Source: Ascidiella aspersa
Taxonomy: Eukaryota
Assembly: GCA_963924565.1 (NCBI GenBank)
Contig: OZ004608.1
Span: 6,448,001-6,512,000, forward strand
Direction of reading: 5' to 3'
DNA length: 64,000 bases
The stretch's first letter is position 1, and the number at the start of each line of letters is the position of its first letter. Below, one piece after another: positions 25,052-38,511 of the stretch. The notes below the pieces were generated by a model. The model had not been told where the DNA came from. It worked only from the letters and a program-made list of their open reading frames with translations, and ran no database searches. The position numbers and the translations under genes were made by a program.

Positions 25052-25936
25052 TCAATTGCGACACTGATTTCACCGACTTGACCTATTCGATAAACCCTGT
25101 GTTTTGCCCTGACGAAGGCTGTAGAGAATATTACCGATATCGACTCTGCGGACGTGGCAAATATTCGGGCGGATCAATTTGCCAGGCCGCCATGCATCGC
25201 GGATTAATTGACAAGTCTTAAATAATTAGTTTAAAAAAACAATAGCACTTAATTTATTTAGTTAGCCGTATAGAATGAATAATAATGACCATACAGAAGT
25301 AGGTAGTACATTTCAAACGTTTCGAAGAAATCCTTACTCCTAAAACTATTGTTGGTTTGCCAAATCAACTTTGCGGGTTCTTGTTGGAACAAATGACCTA
25401 TACGTAGATTTGCGATATACTTTAAATTAATTAAAATGGGGCTCCAAAAATGGCGGGCGCAATGTTGTGAAGAAATATAATGACAACAGATTAACCTCGA
25501 TTTATAATCATAAAGCAATTGCTGAAAAGCATTGTTTAGCCTAATTTTATTTTAGTTGGGACAAAGATGGTTTTGGTTTATTTTAAGTTATAAACTTTGT
25601 ATTAGTTTAGCACTAACAAAAAACATTTATACTGGACATTAAACGAATAAATCGCGATCTGTAATGAATAAAGAATTATTCAAAACGTTCAAAATGCTAC
25701 CTACTTCTGCGTGGGCTTTGATATTGTTATTAGTCTTACTACAACCTCCAACCATTATGCTCCAAAATGCAACTCTTTGTTGTTCATTAAATTAGATATT
25801 TATCGGGAACTGGGATTGGCATGGTCACAAGGTCAACAAGTTCGCAGAGCCAATTTCAGCACGCTACTTTCGACTGGTTCTGGTTGCTTTCAGTGGTGAT
25901 TACCCTCGTCTTAGATTGGAATATCTCAAATGCTAA
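25052..25936 (+). pseudogene. Decayed LCCL + F5/8 type C (discoidin) domain gene
   Basis: 25052-25214: NCDT..FCPDEGC..CGRGKYSGGSICQAAMHRGLI matches the LCCL pattern CPxxC..G..Y..SICxAAxHxG. 25796-25936: IFIGNWDWHGHKVNKFAEPISARYFRLVLVAFSGDYPRLRLEYLKC* matches the F5/8C C-terminus. The middle part has stops and frameshifts. Confidence 0.7.
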
Positions 25937-28370
25937 AGTGAAATGGTGTCAAAAACTAAAACGACATAAATTTTTTTTGAAATTATTTTACCTGATTATT
26001 AAACGAATTGAGCATAACAATATGATTTAACAAAATATATAGCAAGCTTTATAAAATTGTCCTTAAGTTGATCAATTTTGTCTTTGTTTAAAAACAAATA
26101 TAAATAATTGAAGATCCTTCAGTTGTTGCAATTGCTTTAGGCGCTATTGACACCCGAGTTGTTAGGTTTGCAATTCACCACAAGTAAAACAATAACGTTT
26201 ATTGTTAGTTTTATTGTTTAATTTTTTTTATTTTGAAATATTTTTTCGTGCGGGGTCAAAGATTTTTTTATAATAAGGCCTGGAGAACTGTTAAGATTGA
26301 AGTTGCCTGCCAAAACGTTGTATTGAGCGTTATCAATATTTATTCTGAGCTTCATAAAAGTGACGTTCAGTTTTATATTTCATAAAAATCAATCTTATAA
26401 ATAAATCCGATAAACATTTTGTTAATATATCATTAATAACCGCATTTTAGAATTATTAGGGAGGTAATTTGATGATCCCTGGTATTGTTAATCGTTTTTC
26501 TTTCGTCATTTTCTGTTATCGTTTGTTTATTTAACATCAATCTTCTTCCAACTTTTCTAATTTAAAACTTATTTAAAGGTAAATTATTCATGCCGATATT
26601 TCAAGGTAAATTCTCTCGTTAAAGTTTTTTCGGTGTTTATTTATAATAACGGTTTTGTGTTTGAAACTCAAAAAAATGAAGTATATTACGTTTAATAGAC
26701 GTTGTTATTTACCAAGATTCATCTCTAATAGTTTTCATTCACCCTATTTTTCGATCGTATATTAAATTTTTACGAATATATGATCGTTTTTTTATACCTT
26801 AATCTTACTGTTACGCCGCCCGCCGCGACCTGCGCACTGGGGCCTGGCCCCTGACCCCATACAGTTGCCCGGCGGGACGCAACCGCGTGAGTTCTTGTTG
26901 TTTGCAAAGGCTTCTGGTCAGATATGCTACCTGTCATAACCACAACTAAAATTCCAATCAAAAGTATATTGTTACAACGAATTAAAACGTTATCAAATAG
27001 CATTAGTGAACGTTATTTTCAAGTTAATGTGAGACAGACAGCCACCGCCTATTGCAGCGACTGTCGGCTAAAACTTCGCAAAAGACTTCTCTAGAAAAAA
27101 GCTCAAAGCCGCTAAGAAACGACATGTATATAGCCAATACGTAGAAAGAAAAAGAACACGAAAGTTACGTCATATTTGGCCAATAAGACTGGCCGGCACT
27201 CTGAAAACATGGCTAGGCATTACAGCGGCCATTCTAAGGCCAAATTGCAGCGGGAGTAAGAGGCCAGCAAAACGAGTGGCTTGTTTTGCAGAACGTGAGA
27301 ACATCGCCCACTAGACTGACAGTTATAGATTACGAGTTAAAGGTTACATGTCAAGTTTGAAACGAGGCGAGAGAACGCAATACGGAAAACTTTACATCAA
27401 GAAATATTATATTATTCAACCAATAATACATTTGATTATGCGAAAGCTAGAACGCGCTAATCTAAAGCCCTATTTAAAAATTCGTAAGATAACTTAATAT
27501 TAATATGAACTCTAAGATTTGGCTTATGGCAATTAATTAATTTGGGTGTTTAAGTGTTGATAAACACGTAACACTTACCCTTGATATTAAAACACTTTCC
27601 TATTATTAATTAAATGAATTTGGATTTATGGCTTTTTTGAGGCTTTGTATTTAAAGTTTATAGCTAAACCCATTTTACCGATGTTTAGAGTAGCTTGCTC
27701 TTAACTAAAAATTGTTCTGATATTTAAAAAGCCGAGCGTTTAATCTTTAATTAAATGAAATTTTTGTCTCTTCGGGCAGTTGCAAGTTGTAAGAGTCCGA
27801 ATATAAATATCTAATAATTTTTAGTTCATTTATTCGATTTATTTTTGATTTGCTGATTTGCAGTGAGCTAGCATTTTAAACAAACCGTTCATTTATGGGC
27901 CGGCTTTGGATTTTGCTTTTCAGCACAGTTAATTTTGTTTAAAATTTGCTTTCTTTTTAGAAATTAATTGTTGAAAAGTAATTGCGATATACATTTAATC
28001 TTAAATATTGTTAGAATTTTTCGAAACGTTCATAAATATGAAATCCATTTCCGCATAGCTTTTGATTATAATTTTTGGGTGAACTTTCCTAAAACTTTTT
28101 ACACATTTTTAACAAGTCAATGTCAGTTTTTATCTATTGAATTTCATTGATTTGTTTGCTGTAGTCGTAGTGTGGTGTTAAATGCATTATATATAAAACT
28201 TTAATAAAATATATACGCACTGTTTGTAAGATAAAAAAAGTTATACTCGCAGGCTTTCAGAGCTGAATACCAGATAAAAACGACCATTTAACATTATTAA
28301 TGTTCTTGCTTTTATAATTATAAAATCGGTTTGTATTTCTTTCACGTAAAATAAAATAACGAACGTACAC
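25335..28370. repeat. Duplication of 13343-16365
   Basis: Colinear near-identity from TACTCCTAAAACTATTG to AACGAACGTACACGCA. Confidence 0.9.
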
Positions 28371-30832
28371 GCATATATTTTGGTTATAGACACACATATT
28401 TTCTATACTTATATATATATATAGGCGCGACAGGTTACACTTAAAGTTTGAGACAAATAATTACTGCAATTTGTAATTACTCACGTTACATCTTTTGTGA
28501 TTCAATACAAAATTAAATTCTATTGATTTTTTACATTGAGCAACATTTCCTTAAAAATTTGCATTTTTTTTTAGTTTGCACAATTCGTTCAATGTAAGTT
28601 AACTAAGTTTATTATAATGAAGTAAATTAGCTACAACTAATATTTTCTAGCATTGTAAATGTAAATAATATTGTCTTTTAACTAATAAAACTTCGGAATG
28701 AAAGTCAATAACCAGAAACAGCATTATTAGCTTTAGCAACAATAAAAGTATTGGCGCTGGACTGTTTGGGTGGGGGCCACTGTGGAAAGTATGGCAAGTG
28801 CACCCAGAAAAAAATCTGAACTGCACCCTAAACATGTAAAACGTTCGTGCACCCTATTATGTTTACAGTGCAATGTATACAATACAGAGTGCATGAGAAA
28901 ATCATAACGTGGAAGTCTGAAAATTTGAAAGCAGACCAAAGATGCACTTTTTTCGTGCTGGTCGAAAGTCCTACCACAACACACATTATTTTGGTTAGGG
29001 TTAAAAATAAATATAAGAATACTTGACCCACCCACATCCAAACACTAACTCTCGCCGCCCCTAACCCTAATATTGTGCGTTGATTTAATAATGTGGTAGG
29101 ATTCTAGACCAGCGCCCTTTTTTAACTTTGTTGCACCTAATCACCCGAATTTTTTTGGCATTGTACCCGCGTGTTCTGTTATACTTTCCAGGTTGGGTTA
29201 AGGGTGGTTCAAGTATTATTATTAATAGTATTGCTTAACCTATACCCAAACCGACACGCTAACCCGCACCCTAACCCAAATAATGTTCACTAAGGTAGGC
29301 TTTAGCAACAATAAAAGCTTTTAACCTTCTATTTACTGGGTAAAATTATAAACATCGCATTAACTTGGAACAGTTATAAACATTTCTGCATTTCTAATAT
29401 CCAAAACTGTACAAGATAAAAAATTCTGTAGTCTGCATCGCTTGGCAACGTTTCGTTATGCATGATTAGTCTGCGCATTCGCTGTTCGCCTGTATCCTGT
29501 TCTTATACGGTCCGCTTAAAGCGTCTAATTTCTAACACATATTCTAACACAGACGCTTCAAAGCCCCGAATTATCCTAATACGAACGCTACAAGCGTTAA
29601 AAACAAATCGAATCGGGTGGTAGATGCGTTAATTCCCTGCGGTTAAATATAGGTTTGGTTAAACCACTGTAAAAGTTTGGAGCATAATGCTTAAAGGTTG
29701 TAGTCGGACGTGGTAAGAATATCCAAGCCTATAAAAAGTATAGGTATAATTTCAGCTTTTCGAAATTCTCTTTATTCATTTTCAACGTTTATAAATTTTT
29801 TTTTCAATTTTTAGAATTTAATGGCTTATGAGAAAAGATTTTGTCTAAGATAAAAGTGCTAATAGGATTTGAAAGATTAGTTCTGCAACACAACAAATTG
29901 AAAAACAAATCACGCATTGTAAAACTGTTGAACGTTTAGTAACAAACAAACACAATCAGAAGTGATATGGCAATAGTGTGTTATTCTTACAACATGTAAC
30001 TCAGAATACAACGCATCTCCGCCAATGCAAATAAAACTGTCAATAGGGCGGATATGATTCACAGAAATTCCAATAGGTTATTTTCCGTTTTCAAAGGTGA
30101 GTTTGTCTCATTGTCTCCATTTTCGGATTGATAGTAGTCGGCTGATGATTCATTTAATTGCTTATACGAATTGCGACATAATGCTGCTATAATTGGTCAT
30201 TATTCTTCACAAATCTTTATTTGTTTTTTGCGCATAGTTTCGTTAAATATAATTTAGTGCCACACAAAGATAACATTGTATGGCAACTCCGCGGTTTTCG
30301 ACTAATTATTTTATTCAAACGATGTTGCGAATATTTATTTGTTAACTTGTCAACTCTTCGAATGTAATATCTCCTGTTAAGAAGCTAATCAGCTGTAATT
30401 TTTACTCCATATATCTATTTGATTTAGCTATCCAGCCAATATACTGTCTTCAAAAATGTTAGTCAGATAAATCAATGTGAATAACATCTCGCTTAAGTGG
30501 ATTTTTTTATTGCGAATGGCCATGTTTCGAACTCAGGCCCTTATCAATTTTTGAACGAACATTAAATACCTATCCCGAATGAAATAACTTCGGCTGGTGG
30601 CTGTTGTTATAGAGTACGTCTTGTACTAAGTGCCTTTAATTGGTGGACAAAAAAACAATAATGTGACGTCATCGCTTTAGTTTATAACAGTTATCTACTC
30701 CTATCTAGCGGCAGAAAAACTGCAATACAGAATGCTTTCATATCACTTGCTTTATTCAGCTCGCGTCGCGACGAGGCGGCTGCTGGTATCCTGCTGCGCT
30801 TTATTGTCTGGCGCGTGCAACGTTCATACAGT

Positions 30833-31209
30833 AAAGTGGCTTGTCGTAAACTAGTTCTCTTAGTAAATAAAAATTATTGCTCTTACAACACAACATATTT
30901 TACGGCCACAAATTTAAATGCGAATCCTGGAGGCAGTGTACACCTCTCTGTTAGCACCTGTTGTAATTGTTGCTCCATCCAAACATATCAACACCAGGCG
31001 TGAGACTTATTGTGCTAAGTGGCTTGTCTAGGAAAAGTGGACGCATGCGGCTAGCCTTTTGAAAGGAGGCTTCGCTTAGTAAAATAACCTATCGCTCCTA
31101 CGAAACAACATATTTAGCGTCGCAAATTTAAATGCGAAATCTGGTGGCAGTGTACATTTCTATTTGCACCTGTTGCGCATGTTACTCCAATCAAACATAT
31201 CAACACCAG
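30833..31209. repeat. Diverged tandem duplication of about 180 bp
   Basis: AAGTGGCTTGTC..CAAATTTAAATGCGAA..GCACCTGTTG..CAAACATATCAACACCAG occurs twice. Confidence 0.7.
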
Positions 31210-32555
31210 ACCTTAACAAATTAAAATTGTACAAGGGCGCAGCAAGTAAAACATAAAGCTGAATGCATTATTAGGGAGGACCTTACAAAGCTACGCTATA
31301 ACATGGCGTCATACTAAAATAAATATTAAGAACACTGCGTTTATTGGATTTCAATTGGCAAAACTTTTAATTTAAAAGGTGGTTTATTAGGCACATAAAC
31401 TTGTTTTTTATATTGCTCGAAACTACAGATTTAAAGTCTGTTATAACTATGATTGCTCGGACCAAGCCATGGTAAAAATTTACGCAGTAAAAGTTGGCAA
31501 AAGTATAGCAAACCACGGACGTTAAACCATTTTAATAGAATGATAATATTTGCTTTTTAAACATGTTAGCAGGCCGAAGAGTAATAACATGCTTGTACGC
31601 ATTATCTACGTAAATTCTATTTATCAAATATATGTTTCGATCATATTCCAAATATTACGACGTCATATTTGAACCCCTTTTTCATCAAAGCCAGAAGTTA
31701 AGTGGGGTAGTTTTCGGCCCATATCTGTTTTTGCTTGCAGAAACAAGTTAAGGAAAAAATATATAAAATATATAATATAAAATAAAAAATATCAAAAGAT
31801 AAAAAATAAAAAAAAATTAGAAAAAAAAATTTAAATTTAAAATTAAAAAAAAAAAAAACCCTGAAAATATACCCCCTGCCAAAATATACAACAACCTAAG
31901 CCGCGTCTAGTTTGTATTTACAGTTACTGTGCGCTGGATAGCTAAATCAAACACGGGGTTTATGTAAAAATTCAGTTTGGTGTATTGTCATATATTCCGA
32001 AAATATTACATTTCTGAAATTCTCAGCGCTACAAGTTGCATCTTAATCTCAAAATTATTTTAAATTAGAAAATGGAAACTCGAAAGACGAGGCGAGAAAG
32101 TATCTGGTGACAAATAACGCTGCTGTGGCATCACACAACAAGACCTACAAGGCAACAATATTTAAGACCAACAACATAATAAAGCCAAATACATAGCAAT
32201 ACCAATGACAGAATAAGATGTAAATCGTCTGAATAAGACCTAAACCTGTCGAAACTTGTCCTAAATTTATCTAATTAAGGCTTGAATGGTCAAAGTAACG
32301 ACTTAAACTGTATGAAGTTTGTGGTTAGTTGGGATAACAATAGGAGTTAGAAAATCCGTTGTTAGTGATTTAATTTAATTATGGTTATTTAGGTCTTAGT
32401 CCGACCCATTTAGGATTTATTCTTATTTAGACGTAATTATGACTTTATGAATGTCCTATTTTGTTCATATTCCAAACAGTGTTTTATTCCGACGTTGATG
32501 TTGTTCTTATCGGTCTTATGGCAGGAGTCCGCTATTATACGTGAGTGTAATAAAA

Positions 32556-35500
32556 TCACAAGTCTGTTTCTTCAAACACAGTTGCTCGCGGTGCCTCACT
32601 GATGGTTGCATACAATCTTGATGTTCGGTGTTGCCACTGTGTTGTCCACAACTGCTCTCCAGTAAACGTGTTGTATAGTGGATTGTCGGCCATTTCGTAT
32701 GGTTCTAAAAAGTACGCACCAATATGCAAGATTATATTTATACTTATGCAAATCTATATTGACTTGGCGCGCATTGACTGCAGGTTATATTTAGACGTAT
32801 AGAATGAACATAAGGTCAAAATTGAAGTGGGATAGCAAGTTTTGAAAGCAAATACTGTTTCAATTATTTTCAACATGGACTATGTTCATTTACAAATGGT
32901 CAATGAATAAAGAGTTATTGGAAACGTTTAAAACAAGCTAATCTGCTTCTGTATGTATGGGTTTTGGCATTCACGTTGCGCAAATTACCTGGCATGCGAT
33001 GTTACTAGTGTTCGTGCTAATCCAAATAAAACTCAATATTCACACTGAAGATGAAACAAAATACAACATAAATCAACATACCTCTTTGCTGGGTCGTTCT
33101 CTTTTGATGAGCGTTTTTAGACCTTTAAAAATGAAAATTGCGTTGAAAAATGTTACATTTGTAAATTGAATAATTGTACGGCTAATCTTTAAATCTTTTT
33201 TTAATGGGATTTGGTTTGTTCACCACGTTCCCAGTTGTACGATAAAATATAAAAAGACACCTATAGCATATTTGACCCGGGTTGCTATTTTGTAATCCAG
33301 ATTTTTTCGCATAACAAAATTCGTTTTTTTACAAATATACATATTATCAATCAATGTCCGTTCTCCATTATATATGGTACGGCGAATATACAGCCGTTAA
33401 TCTCAATAATAGATAATGCGATTTACGATTTAGGCTAATAATTAAATGAAATTTTAAGAAAGATATTTACTGTTAAAATTATAATATCACTCTCTGTAAG
33501 CAGCGCCGAACTTTAACATTCATAAATAATATTATAGTCTATAGAGAAGGCAAAGTCAGGAGTTCGCAACAACAGCACGTCATTATAATACTATATCAAA
33601 ACATTTTGCTAAAGTAATTTTTATAGCGCGGTGTTTTTCAAAAGGATCTTTTTAAATGTTTTGGTAAAATGATATAAATCTAGTTAGGTTATTCCCGTGT
33701 TAACGCGACTTTCAAGCAATAGCTGGACTTTAACTTACCTTATGCAAAGTACGGCGACTATTGTCGCACAGCAGCACAGTATTGCAAAGCCGCCTATCGA
33801 AGCTGCCACAATCACCTTAGGAAATTGAGCTTTCTCTGCATCTGACTGCTGGTTGGTGTCTGCAAATTATAGTATTATAGTAAAAACGTTGAATAAATTC
33901 TACAATGATTCTACGTCATTGCCTTGTTGGCAAACAATTAAATAATGAAGAAATTATTAACCTGTTTGTGTCAATTCTGAAGTCATTCCAGGTTGTTTTG
34001 TAACATCCATTGCGGTGGTGTCATTTTTCGTATGTTCTGCTAGAAAAATATTTATTATTTTATACATTTCCTCTAGTCAGTGCTTTACCAAATAATCAAC
34101 GTGAATTTATTTACTCGCACCGAAAATATGTACCTGGTTTTGTTGATCCTTGAGTTATTTTGAGGAGGTTGGTCACGTCCGTTGTTGTCACAGCGTTGTT
34201 CTTAGTTTCTGCTAATATAGCCTTTGTAATAGTTTACTACTAGTGTACTACATATGCTGTTACATTGCATAGGCTTTCAAATTTCTTAAGGCAAATCTCT
34301 ATAAAATGGTAGCACTTAAATTCTCTCAGCTAGTAAAACTAACATGTTGAATTGTAGTGGACTGATTGCGATTCCACAGTTGTCGGAATGTTTGTCATCC
34401 TATATTTGCCAACAGTTGATTGCAATGTATATTTGCTAACAGTAGATTGCGATGGTTGATATCTCATTGCTTCGGTTGTCGGTTTGTTTTGCTCTGTAAG
34501 GGAAGTCAAAATGTTATCAAGCATCACAAATATAACAATTGCAGATAAAAGAAAATTATCAAGACAAAATAATTATTGTACTGAAGGATTCTGGTTGTTC
34601 AAGAACCTTATATTTTTCGTGCTACAAACTTATATTGTACTACTGTACTGTAAAGTATTTGTGTTCTAAATTTAAGCTACACACGGATGCCCAAAATCGG
34701 TGTATCTTTATTCGCCTTAACAAACGCTTTGAAACTTATTAAAACAACATAAAGCGAGAAACCTGTAGACGTAAAGCGAGTTGATGAGGCTATGGTATTC
34801 GTGAAACCAGTTGTCGTAAAATCGCTGTTTGTTTCAGAAGTTGCCGTTTGAGTATTTAAATCATCGTGTGTTGAAGTGTGTGGTTCTGCAATCCAAATTA
34901 TATTTAACATGAGATGGTGGCATGTTACTTTAAAAGCTTAAAATTACTCACTGAAGTTTCTCTGACAAATGTACTTTCTTTTTAAGGTGCATCGCATGTC
35001 TACCCATTCGTAGTCGGGACCACGTTCCATTGCTGCACAGTCCTCACTGAACGTCAAATCATTCGGTTCTCTAAGAGCCCAATGTTTGTAATATAATTGT
35101 GATTTATCCAACAATTGAAAGGTTCGGTTTGTACCTATCCTCTTTAGCCCAATGTAATAAGTGCTCGGTGTATCTAGTGTGAAAATAAAACTAAGGTATT
35201 TTTATTCAATGAAACGTATGTACTCACATATGAGTGTTAACAACTGAGGTCTAGCCCTTCTGAAGCTGCTTTTTGACCAACGATTACGGCTTACATATCA
35301 TTGGTGCACTGAAGGAAAGTCATTGCAGATTCACCGAATCTGTCGATCAATGATGCAAACAGAGTTGGCTAACAGAGCTGGCTTTGTTTTTTAGCCTGCT
35401 CTGCTTGCATCATTGATCGACAGATTCAGTGAATCTGCAATGGCATTCAGTGTACCGGTACTAAAGGATTTCGTTATTATTTTACTTCAGGGTTTATACT

Positions 35501-35723
35501 TGCCTTCAATTTTTCGTAAATGCGTTGCTAGAAACTTTTGAATCGATTCCGATTTGACAATTGCAAGCGATCCGTTCATTCTAACACAAGCCGAAGATGC
35601 ATCGGCAAAGGTTAGGTTATTTTGGGTTTCAATGAAATATTCCAAGTTGTCCAGACGATGCCAAACAGCAACAGAAAATTCTGCTGTCATCAAAACCACA
35701 AGTACACACTGAATAATGTGCAT
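32556..35723 (-). CDS. Type I transmembrane C-type lectin receptor C1 (EPN-type, four-exon mucin-like stalk, NPLY/YATI/ETDL tail)
   Basis: Exons 35723-35504 (GC donor), 35173-34952, 34885-34763, 34493-34344, 34208-34134, 34036-33962, 33859-33739 (TM VIVAASIGGFAILCCCATIVAVLCIR), 33122-33082, 32704-32556 (PYEMADNPLYNTF..SRLYATISE..FEETDL*). Confidence 0.8.
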
Positions 35724-38511
35724 TTTAGCCTAATTACACACTCGATCTTACTAATTGCATCAACTCGAAACCCTGTATAACTGCAATGAAATCTTACACT
35801 TAGATATTAACTTTTCACCTGGACCACAGACCCTCCAAAAACAAAAACCACAGAACCCTCCAATAACAAACGACTTGATGTTTCGTGAAAGTGCAGGTTG
35901 ACAAGTATTACAAAAAAAACGCAAGGTTAGCTCGATTCTATATTGGACTTTATTGTGCACTCATAAATAAAAACAATCAATATGACTTCTGTGACGCAAT
36001 GTGGTGTCTAACAATAAACCTATTTATACTTAATTGAGTTCGATTTGTCCTTATGCAAATTAAGATAAAAAGGCACGATTGTGAAGATGTGATCGTCCCA
36101 AAAGTAATCAATAGGCGTCCAATCACATCGCAACGGTTGCTTTTTACTCAATGATTTTTCTTACACCTTTGATATCAAATAGTGTTAATCATTTCAATCT
36201 GCCATTGCAAGTGTTTGAAACATTACTGCGCCTATATTACATTTGTATAGTGAAAAGCTAAACAAACAATCTGAACTATTTTTTAAAAACTAATTAAAAC
36301 TTCATACTGTGATTTCCGTAACTTTAATTCGATATGGAAAGCTGTGAATTAGAAAAATATGCCGATAGCTTATAAATACTTTTATTTTCTGAATCGGAAT
36401 GCGACACAATCCTCGTTTACAGTTTATTTTAATTGCTGGAGCACGAGTATAATGACTTTCTAGGAACCCACATAACGTGTCTCTAAATGTCGACACACTC
36501 GACTCAATTATGGTTATTTTTGATAAATTGGCCTATCCGAGTAAGTTTGCAAGTCAAATTGATTTTTCCGATGTACCTCTATTGCATTTGGGCTGGAAAA
36601 ATGTAAATTTGATTTTTTCTTACATTATATTGATTCGCCTTCATAAAAAGGATTCCATCCATCAGAATCAGGCGTATACAAGATATTACCTAATCCCAAA
36701 CCACATCCCTAAGCTGGCCTACATGACTAACTCCGCTCATAATTTCAACCGCTATACCCATGTTCTAACACCACCGATTACCGATCAAAAAAAAAAAACA
36801 GTACCAAGATGTCAAGTATATACTCCAAATACACTTGGCTTGTAAAAGTTGGTTGGGCATAAATTGCAACATATAGTTTCATTTGGTAGAAGTTTGTGCA
36901 AAATTTTGACGAGGAAACGTAGAATTAGTAGCAATATTTCGATATTTTCACAAATTCAAAATTCTAAAAACACGATTGCAGAAAAGATAGACTTTAATTT
37001 TCTGATCGTGTTAGTGCAGTGTTTCTCAACCGTGGCCCTCTGCCCCCCTGGGGGGCCACGTGCATAAATTTGTAGCAATGTCGTGATATTGCAAAATCGT
37101 GTCGGTATTTTCACTTTTTTCAGTTGAACTAAAACTTGTAGTTTCAAGCCTACGTTTTTATTGTAACGCATTTTTTTTACATGTTACTACCTTCTATTCG
37201 TGAGAAGTTTTGCAACAGTTGACCTCAAGCTTGCAATCTATGTATGTCGCCTAATCGCCAAACATTGTTACGTCGCTTACAATCAACATTTGTGTTTTTC
37301 TAGTTTACTCCGTATCTCTTTGAAATGTTTAACCAGAATTTTAAATAGTTTGTAAACGGCAAGTTCGAATGATAGCAAAAATACAAGTGTTAGTTTTTTG
37401 CCTTTCGCTAATGCTCCATTCTCGTTTTTGCGCGCGCATAATGGCGCGACGCATTGCATACGCACACAATTAGGCGCGGTAGTGTTGCTATATAAAGCTT
37501 TTGTTTTGCGGTGCTTGGTGCAGTCACCACCAGCATCATTACCGAAGACGCTATACACGCCAGACATCAAACGTTGGTATGTTTTATTTCATAACCTTTT
37601 TTGTTTGTCAATGAAGTATTGTACGCTAAAAATTTCTTCTTTCGCTTTACAGAAAACCTGCACCGATTTCTCTACTGTTTCGCTTTGTACCGTGCGAAAA
37701 TTGTACGTTCGCTATTGTCCTTGTAGAAGCAAGCAATAATAGAAAAAAGTGCTGAGTATTGCAAAGCTTGATTTCTACAACAAGCAAGTTGAACATTGTT
37801 TTCACAAAACGTCAAATAACGATATTATTACCAGTTTGGCTCGAAGAGATATTGCTGTTGTTCCATTGATAAATTTTGTCGTAAAATTAATTGTGTGAAA
37901 GCCAGTTTAAGAGGACAAAGAATAGTTGAATTGCACATACTTTCACATATTTACTATTGAACATACGTTTTTACAGAAAGCTTAAACAAGGTTTCGTGTT
38001 ATCAAATGTCGAAAATTCGCAAATCTGTACTGCTCGCTGGTGATGTTAAATGCGTCATTAAATGTGCGATCCAACTCATCTAGTCTACCTTGACAGCTTT
38101 TCGCCTATTTATCCAAAATTATAGGTTAACAGCTGGAGCAAATCAAACTTTAAAATAAAGCAAATTCGGGCCTAATAATCTGGAAAAATACCTTCAAATG
38201 TTTCGATATTATCAATTATGCTCGGTTAACATTAGTAATGACGTCAATTGATACCGGATCGGAGCGCGATACTTTTGCACCAAATTATCGGGTATCGGAA
38301 AAAATGTCAAGTATCGGCCAAATCTAAACGATAAAATAATATTGCGTTGCTATCAAGTTCAAAAAATGTGGGACACTAACAATCTGTGTTAAACTTAACA
38401 CTTTAAAAAACATTGTTATTTAAGGCCAAGCGTCGCTACAAAAAATAGTTTTTTATAAACTTTAAAGTAAGACGAGTTTTACATGAATTAGAAGACGTTC
38501 CTGGGGTTAAT

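Noticed and set aside
28990-29280. TTAGGG/CCCTAA telomere-like motifs
   Set aside because: Only one or two units in both orientations; more likely internal motifs of a dispersed repeat than an interstitial telomere.
36302-38200. Several 60-120 aa ORFs and a CAGTGTTTCTCAACC TIR-like start at about 37017
   Set aside because: No recognisable transposase or other motifs and no matching second end found; possibly a decayed DNA transposon.
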